Part shown: in pieces, positions 27,237 to 40,223 of the stretch
Numbering within the stretch: position 1 is the first letter of the stretch
Layout of the letters: every line of letters begins with the position of its first letter
Source of the DNA: Malacoraja senta
Lineage: Eukaryota
Assembly (NCBI GenBank): GCA_038087875.1
Contig: CM076000.1
Coordinates: forward strand, 1,178,001 to 1,242,000
Direction of reading: 5' to 3'
Length of the DNA: 64,000 nucleotides
Translations under genes and position numbers: made by a program
Notes under the pieces: generated by a model
Database searches by the model: none
What the model was told of the DNA's origin: nothing
Seen by the model: only the letters and a program-made list of their open reading frames with translations

Positions 27237-27477
27237 TTTTTTGTAATTTGTGTAGGTTCTTGTAAAGATGGATCTAATTCAAATGCCTCATTGTCCAGCA
27301 GCCTTCGAATAGTCACATCGGCCAGCAGCTCCATAAGTCTGAAAGTTTCATCGATGTTAAGGAACATGGAGAAATCACGCTCTTTACTTTGAGTGGTCAC
27401 TCTGATTATTTCTGTGATAAGAGTGTTTGAAGTCCTTTCCAGCTTCTTCACATCAGCCCAGGGCACAACAAGTTTCA
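27237..27477 (-). CDS. TBC1D8: TBC1D8 coding exon 5 (241 nt)
   Basis: VKLVVPWADVKKLERTSNTLITEIIRVTTQSKERDFSMFLNIDETFRLMELLADVTIRRLLDNEAFELDPSLQEPTQITK; tttcag|..|gtaaga. Confidence 0.96.
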
Positions 27478-28041
27478 CTGAAATAACAAAGTGTAAAATT
27501 CAGGACTGCTGCTTTCAAACAACCTCTAAAAAAACTGGTAAAACTAATTTACCAACATCTACCATACTTGAATTAAAAACAAAGAAGTATTTAAGGAGAT
27601 ACATTAACCCACAGCACATCATAAAGGAAGCCCTAACCATCGCCAAATGATTAAATGGGAAGGAAACATTTCTAGCAGTGGGGATAAATGCCGAGTTATC
27701 TTATTTCGGCAACGAAATTTTGTTCAGACCGAAAGGTCTGAATGACAAATAAAGGAATCTCTAAAATCTCTAAATTTGTGCATTTACTTGACTACTGCAT
27801 CAGTTATTATTACGTTCTACTTCATGACAGGAGACACAAGAAACTGCAGATGCTGAAATCTTGACACAAACACAAAGTGCTGGAAGAACTCAGAGGGTCA
27901 GGCAGCAGCTGTGGAGGGAAATGGACAGATGTTTGATTTGAAACCCTGCAGCAGACTGAAGGACGAGTGGGCCAGTTCAGAAAAACCTAGGTGATTATGT
28001 CAACCTAGGTGATTATTGTGGAAATATACCATTGATTGTTA

Positions 28042-28566
28042 AGGGCCTGTCCCACTTGGGCGACCTAATCTGCGAGTCCAGAAGAGTGCCTTCGACCTTC
28101 AAGCTCGAGGGCACTCGCCTGGAAATCCTCGAGCTGGATTGACCGGCCGCGTTGAAACTGCGAGAAGGATCGACCGATCCGCAAGCTGCATCTACCGACC
28201 GAACACACACAAACATCGCGAAGGTGAGGGCCAGGGACAGCGGAGGAGCGCTGTCTGCACGATGAAGGTAAACGGCTGCCACAGAGTACCGTAAGTCCTT
28301 TAGAGAGAGCGGGGGGGGGGGAGATAGAAGGGGGGAGGGGAGAAGGGGGGAGGGGGAGAAGGGGAGAAGGGGGGAGGGGGGAAGGGGGCAGGGGGAGGAA
28401 AGGGGCAGGGGGCAGGGGAGAGGGAGAAGGGGGGGAGAGAAGGGGGGGAGAGAAGGGGGGGGAGAGAAGGGGGGGGGAGAGAAGGGGGGGAGAGAAGGGG
28501 GGGAGAGAAGGGGGGGAGAGAAGGGGGGGAGAGAAGGGGGGGGGAGAGAAGGGGGGGGAGAGAAGG
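28042..28566 (+). mobile_element. PIF/Harbinger-type MITE, left part, running into a GA-rich repeat and the gap
   Basis: TTA|AGGGCCTGTCCCAC terminus shared with the other MITEs; right end not visible. Confidence 0.7.
28301..28566 (+). repeat. Polypurine (G5-8 AGAGAA)n tandem repeat
   Basis: Seen directly; abuts the N run. Confidence 0.95.
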
Positions 28567-28766
28567 NNNNNNNNNNNNNNNNNNNNNNNNNNNNNNNNNN
28601 NNNNNNNNNNNNNNNNNNNNNNNNNNNNNNNNNNNNNNNNNNNNNNNNNNNNNNNNNNNNNNNNNNNNNNNNNNNNNNNNNNNNNNNNNNNNNNNNNNNN
28701 NNNNNNNNNNNNNNNNNNNNNNNNNNNNNNNNNNNNNNNNNNNNNNNNNNNNNNNNNNNNNNNNNN
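28567..28766. other. Assembly gap, 200 N
   Basis: Run of N. Confidence 1.
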
Positions 28767-28928
28767 GTGACAGGGTTATGGTAAACGTTGCTATTTCACA
28801 CATTGTTGCATTTTTTTAATGCATCTCCTTGATTAAAGTGCCTTTAAAGGTGTAGACCAAATCGTCAATCTATCCCAAGTTTCTACACAAGACTGTAACT
28901 GTAATGATAATCAAAACTCGAATAGTAA

Positions 28929-29485
28929 TGGCCCTGTCCCACGGGCAGGCGGTTACTGGCGGTGAAGCGCGGCGTCGCCGAAAGCGGGGACCGCGCGGCT
29001 ACCACGAGAGCACCGCGCGTATGCCGCGGGAGCACCGCACGGATGCCGTGCGGGGGCCGAGTGATCTCCGTACGGCCGGTCCCACGAGCTTGCGGTAAGT
29101 TAAAAACATTTAAACCTTACCAGAAGCTGTTGCCGCGCGTATGCCGGGTGATCACCGCACGGCCTGTCCCACGAGCGCGACGTCCGGTGATGACGACATC
29201 GCGCAACGCAACGCGCTACGCGATGACGTCAATTTGGCTCGCGGCGCTGTGGCAGTGCTAGTGGTGCTCACGGCGCACTGGCGGCGGCTGTGGCGGTGCT
29301 CGGTGTTGGGACCAACACCGCGCATGGCCCGCGGGGTCGGTCCCACGAACACCGCACGGTCCCGGCGGTGTGCGTGGGACCGACCCCGCGGGCCATGCGC
29401 GGTCTCTGGCGGTCCACGAGCGGTCCCAACTTCCTGCTTCACCGCCAGTAACCGCCAGTAACCGCATACCCGTGAGACAGGCCTT
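28929..29485. mobile_element. PIF/Harbinger-type GC-rich MITE
   Basis: TAA|TGGCCCTGTCCCACGGG..CCCGTGAGACAGGCCTT|TAA; internal gtcccacg/gtggga repeats. Confidence 0.85.
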
Positions 29486-29620
29486 TAAATTCTCCACCAA
29501 TATATTAGACAAACTTTGGCAGCTCAAGATTGACATCCAGCAGCATTATTACTGAAAATCATTTTTGTAATGGAATATGAACTATTTTCAATTGCTGTGA
29601 CTTCACTTCCAAACTAGGGC

Positions 29621-30560
29621 ATCGGAGATGTCCTCATTCTTCAGGGAACGGGGGTTCCCCTCTTCTACTATAGATGAGGCTCTCATCAGGGTCTCTTCTA
29701 TATCCCGTAACTTTGCTCTCACTCCTCATCACTCCCACTCATAACAAGGGCAGAGTCCCCCTTGTCCTCACCTTCCACCCTACCAGCCGTCACATGCAAC
29801 AAATAATCCTCCGAGACTTTCGCCACCTCCAACGGGATCCCACCACTTGCCACATCTTCCCATCTCGTCCCGTCTGCTTTCCGCAGAGACTGCTCCCTCC
29901 GTAATTCCCTGGTTAATTCGTCCCTTCCCACCCAAACCACCCCCTCTCCTGGCACTTTCCCTTGCAACCGCAGGAAATGCTACACTTGTCGCTTTACCTC
30001 CCCCCCTGACTCCATTCAAGGACCCAAGCAGTCTTTCCAGGTGCGGTAGAGGTTCACCTGCACCTCCTCCAACCTCATCTATTGCATCCGCTGCTCTAGA
30101 TGTCAGCTGATCTACATCGGTGAGACCAAGCACAGGCTTGGCGATCGCTTCGCCCAACACCTCCGCTTGGTTTGCAATAACCTACCTGATCTCCCGGTCG
30201 CTCAGCACTTCAACTCCCCTCCCATTCCGAATCTGAACTTTTTGTCCTGAGCCTGCTCCATGGCCAGAGGCCCACCGTAAATTGGAGGAGCAGCACCTCA
30301 TATTTCGCTTGGTCAGTTTATACCCAGCGGTATGAACATTGACTTCTCCAATTTCAGGTAGTCCCTGCTTTCTCCTCCCCTTCTCAGCTCTCCCTCAGCC
30401 CAATGTCTCCGCCTCTTCCTTTCTTCCTCCCGCCCCCACCACCCTCAGTCTGAAGAAGGGTCTCGACCTGAAACGTCGCCCATTTCCTTCGCTCCAGCTC
30501 CAGCTCCACAGACGCTGCCTCACCCGCTGAGTTTCTCCAGCATTTGTCTACCTTCACTTT
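29621..30560 (+). mobile_element. Penelope-like element: RT thumb/GIY-YIG fragment plus terminal repeat
   Basis: RVPLVLTFHP..GTFPCNRRKCYTC..FTCTSSNLIYCIRCSRCQLIYIGETKHRLGDRFAQHL across frameshifts. Confidence 0.9.
30450..30477 (+). ncRNA. Minimal hammerhead-ribozyme-like core in the Penelope terminal repeat
   Basis: CTGAAGA-A-GGGT(ctcg)ACCT-GAAAC-GTC; palindromic ACGT helix III; helix I pairing is poor in this copy. Confidence 0.5.
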
Positions 30561-31132
30561 CTCAACAATCACTTTTATAATTAAACTGTTTTAAGCAGGG
30601 ACAACATTTGATTAACAAGATACTTTTTGCAATTTATGCAAATCAATGAAAACACCAATCTAAGCTTCCTTGCTCTCAATGAATAGAAAAAATAAGTTTG
30701 GTTCCTCCCCTTGCCAAAGTGATTTCTTCACAAGACAACTGATCAAACAACATTCCCAATTACCATTTTTTATTTTTCTCTACAATGAGTGGAGAGTGCT
30801 TGGTGACGTATGCAAGATCACTAGATTAATAGTTGCTTCAAATTGCAGTGGGGGGAAGTATTTGAAGTCTGAAGAAGGGTCTCAACCCAAAACATCACCC
30901 ACTCACTCCTTCTCTTAAGAGATGCTGCCTGTCCCGCTGAGGTACTCCAGCTTTTTGTGTCTATCTTTAGTTTTAATAAATATTAAATTTTAATACATAT
31001 TTGGATGATGAAAACATTTAAATCTCATATCCGTGTACCTGTCATCTGAAGCATTACACGCCAAAGCTCTAAAGTCGGGAAAAAAAAGCTTCCCTTACAA
31101 TCAACTTACTTGCATTAGTCATCTATTCTTAC

Positions 31133-31361
31133 CTTCTTTACCGAGCAGAAACGAATAGAAACAGAGATGGTTGATGCTGAGATAAATCCAACCTTGTCGA
31201 GGAACCCGCCCTTTCCAGCAACAACATGAATAATAAGTCACCAACTTTTCCAAGTCTGGGAAATTAAACCTCGTCTCAAATTTTACCAAAGCCTCCCGGA
31301 ATTTCTCGGGGTCTTCCTCTTGTTCTGCCAATTTGCTCCTGGTTTCTTCTGCTATAAGCCC
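31133..31361 (-). CDS. TBC1D8: TBC1D8 coding exon 4 (229 nt), start of GRAM domain 1
   Basis: [76 protein letters not shown]; cag|..|gtaaga. Confidence 0.96.
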
Positions 31362-32924
31362 CTGATCAAACAGATTTATAAAATTGTAAGGAAACATCAA
31401 TGTAAAAGGAAGCTACATTTTCCACTTCACTGCTATTCTGGTACAAACTTGGGACACTGAACTCGCCATATTTTAGCTGCAATGAAAAATTGATGTTTTA
31501 TTTCTTGAAGAACAAAGTGCAGGAAATACTTGGGACAGACGGCATCTGTGGGGAGTGCGTGCAAGGGAGAGAGAGAAAAAGCCCCAGCATTTTTCTCCAG
31601 AGATATTGCCAGGCCTGTTGAGCCTTCCAGGTACTTTGTTTCTCAGATTTACAGCAGCGTTAATTGTTTTGCTTTTCATTAGTTATTGAATATTTCAGTC
31701 GTACTAATTAAAGTTCTCCAAGATGTACTTGTTGATCAAGTTAGTAGTTAGCCTCACATTATACATATAGACAATTAAATAAACATGATTACAGCACAAA
31801 ATATTTCACACATGCTCAAAATCTATACATGAAAGACAAGGGACACAATCTTTTTTGTAAATATTGCTATTTCATAAGCAATTACCGAATGCAATAACAG
31901 CTCGTGAAATAATTCATTCTTTTTTTTTTTGCTGGGTTGCAATTGACAAATTGAAGTCAAGATTTGCTGGATGTGTGAGTTTTGCTGTGATTTCCCCTCA
32001 TTTCTACCCAACATCATGGGGGTACAGAGTATAAAACTGGTTGCCCAAAATCAATGCAAACAAAAACACAAATGAAAGAGTGTTTGGAACAAAACAATCT
32101 TCATAATCAGAATGGATGGGGGAAAAAACGTATAAATACATTTGGATGAATGGACTTCATAAAAATCATGCAAAATCATTACAAAAGCTTGAGTAGATAG
32201 TTCTGGGTACAATTCTGTAACCTTTTAGCACAATTAATTTAGTTTCAAATAATTAGATTGACATCCAAGTAGAAACTCTAGGTCTATGGTTTAGCTGCAA
32301 ACCTTAATCTCAATAAAACAAAACATGAACTTGGCATGGTGCTAATTTCAACCAACTTGCATCACAACATGGATCGGGTTTCCAACCCCAAAGATGGGCT
32401 TGCCTTCATAGACACTCAGAAGTCCTGATTTCCACCACAAAGAGGTATAAATAAGCAGTGGCATTTTCTGCCCACGTCACCCCAATGAGAGCCTCCAGGA
32501 GAGCACCAGGGCAACAGCCTGCCAGAGTGGATGTCAAATTAAACTTGTTGCAAGCTCCACAGTTGCCATTTGAATGAATTAAAGATGTTAGCTCCCAGAA
32601 AGGCAAGTACAGTAGCTGTGCTTTTAATACTCATTATTAATTATTTCAATTGATTTTTCTGCTTTAAGATTTTAAAAAGGAAAAAGGTCACAGGGGAAAC
32701 GTACAAATGCCGTACAGACAGCACTCGTAGTCGGGATCAAACCAGAGTCTCTGGCGCTGTAAGGCAGCAACTCTACAGCTGCACCACTGTGCCCCCGTGT
32801 TTCAAGATCATTTTTTTATTAACATCCAAGGTCTTAACAACCCTGGCAGTCCTCATCTTGGGGCAGACTCTCACCAGCTCTGGAAGAGATCCTGAAATAC
32901 AACAGGCTGCCCAAGTCAAAAAGG

Positions 32925-33011
32925 TTTTATTGCTCTTAAAGCTTTATTACACAGTTTATTGCTCTTAAAGCTTTATTACACAGTTTTATTGTTCTTAAAG
33001 CTTTATTACAC
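32925..33011. repeat. Tandem repeat, 3 x about 29 bp
   Basis: tttattgctcttaaagctttattacacag repeated three times. Confidence 0.9.
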
Positions 33012-33666
33012 ATTCTGCCAGTTTGGCGCTGCAAGAAGCAATGTGACCCAGGGGCATGCCACCTGCAATTTTAGGCCAATAGAATATCTGATCCATTATT
33101 CTCAATGATTCCATGCTTCATGTAGTAGCATTTAACAGTAAGAGCACAATGCGAATATTAACCTTTATTGTGGCGCATGCTCATTTTCACAAAATCTTGC
33201 AGTTGCTTTTACACAAGTGCAATGCAACATATAACAGTGTGCATTACCAGAATTTTATTGCTGAGAACCTATTTAAAGTAAAAATTATTCAACCAAGGCT
33301 ACTACACATTTCTGCACACACTGCTTGTGTGGCAGGAACAAATTGACCATTTCACTCAAGTTGGGGACACCAACTCTCCTGCACTACGTAAAATGGTAAT
33401 GATGTGAAAATGCTGATTATCTAGGTTATTTTCAACTGCTGTTCCATTATAATTACATTTTTGCTTCGACCTTTACAGTGAATAAATTATGCTTCCTTGT
33501 CCTTAAAAGTTCTGCACAATTGTTGCAGAATAATATCAGTACAGTTTAAAAAAAATATATTTAGTATATAGCACAATAAAAAAAAGTGGTTGATACACTC
33601 TCACCCCAGTTCCAAGAGCATATCCAAATGATTGCATTATTCTCAATATTGCTGGATTATTCTTAC

Positions 33667-33785
33667 CTTTACTTTACCATGAACAAAGTTGATAACATCA
33701 TCTTTATTGTCAAATACTGAAAGATTGTGCAGAAGGTTCTGTTCTAACCATTCCCAGTGTTGCTGGATTTCTTCCACAGTGGCCC
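33667..33785 (-). CDS. TBC1D8: TBC1D8 coding exon 3 (119 nt)
   Basis: GATVEEIQQHWEWLEQNLLHNLSVFDNKDDVINFVHGKVK; ag|..|gtaaga; closer to TBC1D8 than to TBC1D8B/9/9B as I recall them. Confidence 0.95.
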
Positions 33786-34184
33786 CTTGTAGAGAAAGAT
33801 GTGCAAAAACGTTAGGGCATGAATTACATTTTAATATTTTGTGTTCAACAATGAAAGTACCCTTCAACATTATGACCAAATTCTGACACCAAAATGTAAA
33901 AAATAAAAAATGTTATGTTAATTATTCCACTGTATCTGGCAATGCTGATCTTCAACACCTTCAAGGGGATCTCAGGAAGTAAAATGACAAATAAAAGCAG
34001 TTGCCAGAGATTTTATGTCCTTGTTTCTCTTGGAAGCAGCTATCCAATCAGCGTGCAATTTCTCATCACATCACAATTTTTCAACACAATTTGAATATCT
34101 ATTAGGTTATTGCTTAATTGGAATAGATAACATTAGGTATTCCATAAATTTGCTCTTACAACAAAATACGACATTAAATGCTGC

Positions 34185-35215
34185 AGAAGAGGTTTAACGA
34201 ATGCTGCCTGGATTAGAGGGTCATGTGGTCATAAGAAATAGTAGAATTAGGCCATACGGCCCATCAAGTCTACCCCGCCATTCAATCATGGCTGCTCTAT
34301 CTCTCCCTCCTTTCTCTGCCTTCACCCCATAAACTGACACCTGTTCTAATCAAGACAAAAGGGTATGAGCTACAAGGTTGGGCAATCGGATGTTTTCTCA
34401 GGAATGGAGGAGGTTGAAGAGAGATCCGATCGGTTCATAGCGTTATGGAAGGCATGGATGGTTTAGATGATCAGAATTTTTCTCTCAGCGTGGAAATGAA
34501 GATTACAGGGCCTAGCCTTAAAGTGAGAAGGGCAAAATGTAAAAGGTGATGTATAGGGCAGGCTTTAAATGTATTTACGATAGTTGCATTTAAGCAGCTT
34601 TTAGATTGAACATGGATATGCAGGGAATGGAGAGGTATGGATCATGTGCAGGCCGAGAGATTGGTTTAATTTAATGTCATTAAGCTGGAAAGAGTGCGGA
34701 GAATATTTATGTTGCCAAGACTCGAGGGCCTGAGCTATAGGGAGAGGTTGGGCAGGCTAGAACATTATTCCTTGGAGTACAATACACTGTTGGGCGATCT
34801 TATAGTGGTGTAGAAAATCATAAGGGGGAATGAATGCACAGTCTTTTGCTCAGGGTATGGGAATCTAAAGTCAGAGAATGTAGTTTTAAAGTGAGAGGGC
34901 AAGATTTAATAGGAACACGAGATGCAACTTTTTCCACTCAGAGGGTGGTGGGTATATGGAACGAGCTGCCAGAGGATGGAGTTGAGGCAGGAACAATAAC
35001 TGCATTTAACAGACACAAACAGGTACATGGATAGGAAAGGTTTAGAGGAATGTGCGGCCAAATGCAGGCAAATAGGACTAGCTTAGATGGGGCCTCTAGG
35101 TTGGCAAGGACGAGTTGTGTCAAAGGGCCCGTTTCCATGCTGTACGACTCGATGATTATGTTTGGTTTGCACATTGTGAGTCAAAGGGCCTGTTCCTATG
35201 CTGTACTGTTTTGTG
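34185..35215. mobile_element. Nested decayed CR1 3' fragments
   Basis: TQRVVGIWNELPEDGVEAGTITAF and related remnants; boundaries approximate. Confidence 0.75.
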
Positions 35216-35615
35216 TTTATTTCAAGTGACAGTAATTACCTGTAGAAATCTTTCAACAATTTACATTCCAAAGTCATAAACTTTAAGCGAGGTAACAGAG
35301 GATATTTTCAATGGGCTAAATGGGAACTTCTCGTGTAAAGAATAATTGTAAAAGGATATCAGTATGAAAGGAAGTTTAGGATCAGTTTCAGTCAATGTTC
35401 CCACAGTCTGGGAGATTATGGCAGGAAAGGCATCCCTTGAGAACGAACCAAAATCATATCAGATTCTGCAGAACTTCAGAGATAGCATTCAACAAATAAA
35501 CTCCAGGATCTTTTCTAAAAATGGACACTACTTTTATGTACTTTCATATGGCAACATGATCCGTTCCACACAATTTGCTAGCTAGCACTGTAAGCATCAC
35601 ACAGGTTTTACATAC

Positions 35616-35726
35616 CACAGGCAATGACCCAGTTCACTTGCGATCCTGGCATCTGATGCAAAATTCGGAAAGGTGCAACACGTGCGTTGGAGTCGAGCAC
35701 AGCATCTAAAGCGCCCACCAACAGAC
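35616..35726 (-). CDS. TBC1D8: TBC1D8 coding exon 2 (111 nt)
   Basis: Manual translation (G)[36 protein letters not shown](G); acceptor taag|GT, donor G|gtatgt; phase 1/1. Not in the ORF track in this frame. Confidence 0.93.
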
Positions 35727-36559
35727 CTTAGAACATACAGAAGTGTGTTAACATTAATATTCTCAGCATGCAGCATCCAAAACAACAAACTTTGCCTCTC
35801 CACTCTTGTAGCAAGGAAGATCAGGAGAAAACACACTGAGGCTCTTCTCATATTGGGAATATTCTCATATCGTTTTTCTGGCACTGCACACCAACAAGAT
35901 AAATATATAACATATGCCGTCACAAACCAAAATTCACTGAAGAAACCTAGCTCTGAGTTATGTTGACACTTTATATTTGTCAGAATTTCAGTATTCTGCA
36001 TCGTCACAATTTAATGTAAACTACTGAAATAAAATACTGAATGAAATGAAAAGCAAAATGTTTTAGGCTATAATTCATGAGGTAGCCTCAGAACAGTACA
36101 GTATAACCAAGTGCTGCCCTGTCTCAATCCTCACATTTTCATAAATGCATTAAAACCAATAACTGTCAAGTGGCTCACCAGCTTTGTTCCTAACACTCCC
36201 TGAAGTCATCAGGGCGCCATTCCCCAAACTCCCTTTAAATGCACCGGATTTCCTAGAAAATTGATTATACTACTTTATAACGTCTAAAAAATAGTGAATT
36301 AAAAAGCATGTTGGTGTATTAATTAATACATCCTCCAATCTTGGAAAGGTGCCAGTCCTGGGGGTGCTGGAGTATCAGTTTTACTGTTTATAGGCAGACC
36401 ATGGATTACACAAGTATTTAATTCCTGACAACTATCCTTAGGCTGATTTCTCTGCAGGATAAAAGCATCAATGATTTGTAGCTACCCATATCATGTCGCT
36501 CCACCTACACATGCTTGTAATTCTTACATTTCTTTGAATAATCAGCCTAAAACTCTCAA

Positions 36560-37320
36560 CCTGCCGCCGCTGGCGTTGCGGTGGCGGCGGCCCAACTTCA
36601 GGGCTGTGGCGGCGTTCCAGCGATGGTGACCCGACTTCGGGGCTGTGGCGGCGTTCCGGCAGCCCGACTTCGGGGCTGTGGCGGCGTTCCGGCGGCCCGA
36701 CTTTGGAGCTGTGGCGGCGTTCCAGCGACGGTGACCCGACTTCGGGGCTGTGGCAGCGTTCCGGTGGCCCGACTTCGGGGCTGTGGCGACGTTCCGGCGG
36801 CCTGGCTTCAGGGCTGTGGCGACGTTCCGGCGGCGGCGACCCGACCTCAGAGCCTCAGAGGCTCGGCCGCGGGCCCAGTGGACGACATCGTCGGGAGTTC
36901 GCAGATCACAGGTTGGTGACCTGTTTTTCCGGAGCTCCCGCAACAGCTTCGTCCGCTGGACTGGTGGGCGGCAGCTTCGGCAGCTTCGACCGCCCCGGGC
37001 CGCGGAGTTTGAACCGGCCCGTTCGCGGGGCTTGGATTCAGCCGCGGGACTGACTTACTTACCATCACCCGGCGGGGTCACAACATCGGAAGCCTGGAAC
37101 GCCTCAGCGCAGAGGGAGAACAAGGAGGGAAGAGACAAGGACTTAAGACTTTTTGCCTTCCATCACAGTGAGGAGGTGCCTGGTGGACTCACTGTGGTGG
37201 ATGTTAAATCGGTGTTTATTGTGTGTTTTTGTTATTTTATTCTATGTTATGACTGCAAGGCATGAAATTTCATTCAGACCGAAAGGTCTGAATGACAATA
37301 AAGGATACTTGACGACTTGA
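36560..37320 (+). mobile_element. GC-rich non-autonomous retroelement with internal 33/39-bp minisatellite
   Basis: About 8 units of cccgacttcggggctgtggcggcgttccggcgg (36590-36850); 3' hairpins ccatcacagtga..tcactgtggtgg and cattcagacc-gaaa-ggtctgaatg, then aataaa. Confidence 0.78.
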
Positions 37321-37540
37321 ACAATGAAACTAATGGGATATTTATTATATCCAGTCATGAGTGATACGATAAAGCACATCATTGTTAGTACTAACTTTAA
37401 AAATATTTTTACGATGTAGAGGGGAACTTGCAATAATGATAACATTTTTGTAAGTCAGGTCAATTGTATCCCAGGGAGCCCCTGTATAAGTTACATTTTC
37501 AGGTTCCACTTACAGACAAAACTCCAGAGTGTCATATTCC

Positions 37541-37746
37541 TAAAAAAGTGTTGAAGTAAAGAGCGGAACAGGCAGCATCTCTGGAGAACATGAATAGGGA
37601 ATGTTTTGGGTCATGATCCTTTTTCAGACACCAACCCGAAACGTCGCCCATCTAGGTTCTCCAGAGACACTGCATGATTCACTGAGTTACTCTAATTCCT
37701 TGCCTTTTTTGGAAACCAGCATCTGCATGCAGTTCCTTGCATTTAC
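37541..37746. mobile_element. Penelope-derived inverted element, decayed
   Basis: gcagcatctctggagaac..cccgaaacgtcgcc..gttctccagaga..aaaccagcatctgca. Confidence 0.7.
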
Positions 37747-38680
37747 ATTGTTACAAGGCAGATACACCAACCATGACCAGTGGGAGTGTATGTCCACACA
37801 AAGTTTTTGTTCTCCCAAAGGCCTGCCACTCCTGAAACTTTTAGTATTTCATTCAATTGTGCCTTGTTACTGCCAACCAGGAAGGAAATTACATCAAAAA
37901 TATATATTTTTTAAAGAAAGAGCATGCGCGAGAAAGCCAGCAAGTATCGATATTGCAGAGCATAATAAATTGGTTGAATGGGCAAATGGAGCTGAAACTA
38001 AGATCACAAGATCAGGAATTCTAAAAGCATCTAATGTACTCAAACTCAAAAAGAAATCCCAAATGTCCTGGCATGAAGCCTTCTTTGTATTTCCTTTAAT
38101 AGTTAGCTCAAGCACAAGGTCTGATGAGACAATGCTTTAATTAATGCCTGCATTGAACTTTAAGGGGGCGGGTGGGGGGGGAGGGAGAGGTAACTTAATC
38201 AAACAAACCAAAAAGGCTCAGGGACAAATAGCAGCTCTTGCCCATGGGCCTCCACCAAATACGGCATTCATAAAGTAGAAAAACGGGATACAATCACTGG
38301 ACCAAAAATATTTGAATACTTAGAAATATCTAAAGAGACAAGGCAGATTCAGCAGATTAATTGCATCACATGTAAAGACACACGCATGCATTTAAAATAT
38401 TTTGTGTTATCATGGTCACAGGGAAAGCTTACATGGGAACTGGAATCTGAAGGAATTTTGGGAGGATTTCAAGCCCTGTGAAAAGATGCCCCAATTCCAC
38501 TATCACAGGATGCTCATGGACATGGGTGATTCAGCATCATCTGTCTTATTCAGTTTCAAATCTGAGCTGTTTCTCAGTGCTCCGATTACTGCATTCAAAC
38601 AAATCCAAAGTGAAAAGTGTTTAATTGTCATATGCACCAGGACCTGAACAATGAAATTCTTACTTGTTGCAGATTTAATT

Positions 38681-39613
38681 GTAATGTAATTGTAATTAAT
38701 TTATTAGCCAAGTATGTAAAAAACATACAAAGAATTTGATTTGTCACAGTCATACCAAAAAAGCAACAAGACCCACAACTACATCAAAATTAACATAAAC
38801 ATCCATCACAGTGTACTGTGATGGAAGGCAATAACAAATTAACTTCTTGCCTCCTTTTCTCCCGTGGTCAGGGCAGTCGAACCATCCACAGTCGGGGTGG
38901 TCGAAACTCCTGCGATCGGGGCGGTCAAAGCTCCCGCGGTTGGAGCTCCCGAAGTCGATCCCCAGCAAAGGGGCCGCCAGCTCCACGATGTTAGGCTGCA
39001 GTGCGGACGGAGAGAATGGGCTTGTATACTCTGGAGTTTAGAAGGATGAGAGGGTATCTTATTGAAACATATAAGATTATTAAGGGTTTGGACACGCTAG
39101 AGACAGGAAACATGTTCCCGATGTTGGGGGAGTCCAGAACCAGGGGCCACAGTTTAAGAATAAGGGGTAAGCCATTTAGAACGGAGATGAGGAAACACTT
39201 CTTCACACAGAGAGTTGTGAGTCCATGGAATTCTCTGCCTCAGAGGGTGGTGGAGGCCGGTTCTCTGGATACTTTCAAGAGAGAGCTAGATGGGGCTCTT
39301 AAAGATAGCGGAGTCAGGGGATATGGGGAGAAGGCAGGAACGGGATACTGATTGTGGATGATCAGCCATGATCACATTGAATGGCTGTGCTGGCTCGAAG
39401 GGCCGAATGGCCTACTCCTGCACCTATTGTCTATTGAGATACGATACGGAAAAAGTCACATCTCCGTCGAGGAAAGAGATTAAAAAAAGATTCCCCCACC
39501 CCCCATATAATACAAAACTAAAGATACACTAAAACATACATTTAACAACAGACTAAAAACAATAAGGATGAGACAAACTGTTGACGAGGCCGCCATTGTA
39601 CGGCGCCACCCGG
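38681..39613 (-). mobile_element. GC-rich non-autonomous retroelement interrupted by CR1
   Basis: Same ccatcacagt/actgtgatgg hairpin; 5' end ccgggtggcgccg; split by the CR1 at 39009-39436. Confidence 0.7.
39009..39436 (+). mobile_element. CR1 3' fragment (nested)
   Basis: ORF 39001-39351 [22 protein letters not shown] plus tail. Confidence 0.92.
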
Positions 39614-39750
39614 TGAACAATTTGCAGGCCCATTAACACAACACATAAATATACAATAATTAATAAACAGTAATAGTATGTACCCAATCCAAAACGATAG
39701 ATCGAGCCTTTTCCATAAAATTAATCCAGATTCTGAAGTGTATCAGAATT

Positions 39751-39865
39751 AAAGGTAGACACAAAATGCTGGAGTAACTCAGCAGGACAGGCTGTCCCGC
39801 TGAGTTATTCCAGCATTTTGTGTCTACCTTTGATTTAAACCAGCATCTGCAGTTCTTTCCTACAC
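39751..39865. mobile_element. Penelope-derived 115-bp hairpin element with 13-bp TSD
   Basis: 40-bp arms (39751-39831) around a 1-nt centre; flanked by gtgtatcagaatt at 39738-39750 and 39866-39878. Confidence 0.85.
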
Positions 39866-40223
39866 GTGTATCAGAATTCGATTCTCAAGCCGACCTGGAG
39901 CTGGGAGGTACATGTAATATTACTTCAATCTCCTAAATCAAACACTTGAATTCTTGACAGCAAATTAACCCCCATCAAAAAATCTTAAGGGTTCGTCAAA
40001 TTCCCTCTGCAGGCAATAAAAGATGAACCAATAATTACAATATCAATACAGAGCCTGTTGCTGACATTAACTGGGAAATTCCACCACTTGGTAAAAGCTA
40101 CAAACTGTAGTTGAAAATAAAACGACTGAAGATAAGCTAAAGAAATCCTCCCCAAAATCATAGTTTGTAGCTGATGAAGAGCAGATCTGACATTAGGGTT
40201 TAAAAAAATTTAATACAGATGAC

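Noticed and set aside
28300..28803. Proline-rich 167-aa ORF
   Set aside because: Artefact of the N gap and a simple repeat.
36542..36943. ORFs with RRNAATAPKSG or LRGCGGVPAA peptide repeats
   Set aside because: By-product of a GC-rich 33/39-bp minisatellite in a retroelement; open on both strands. Also not CRISPR, since there are no unique spacers.
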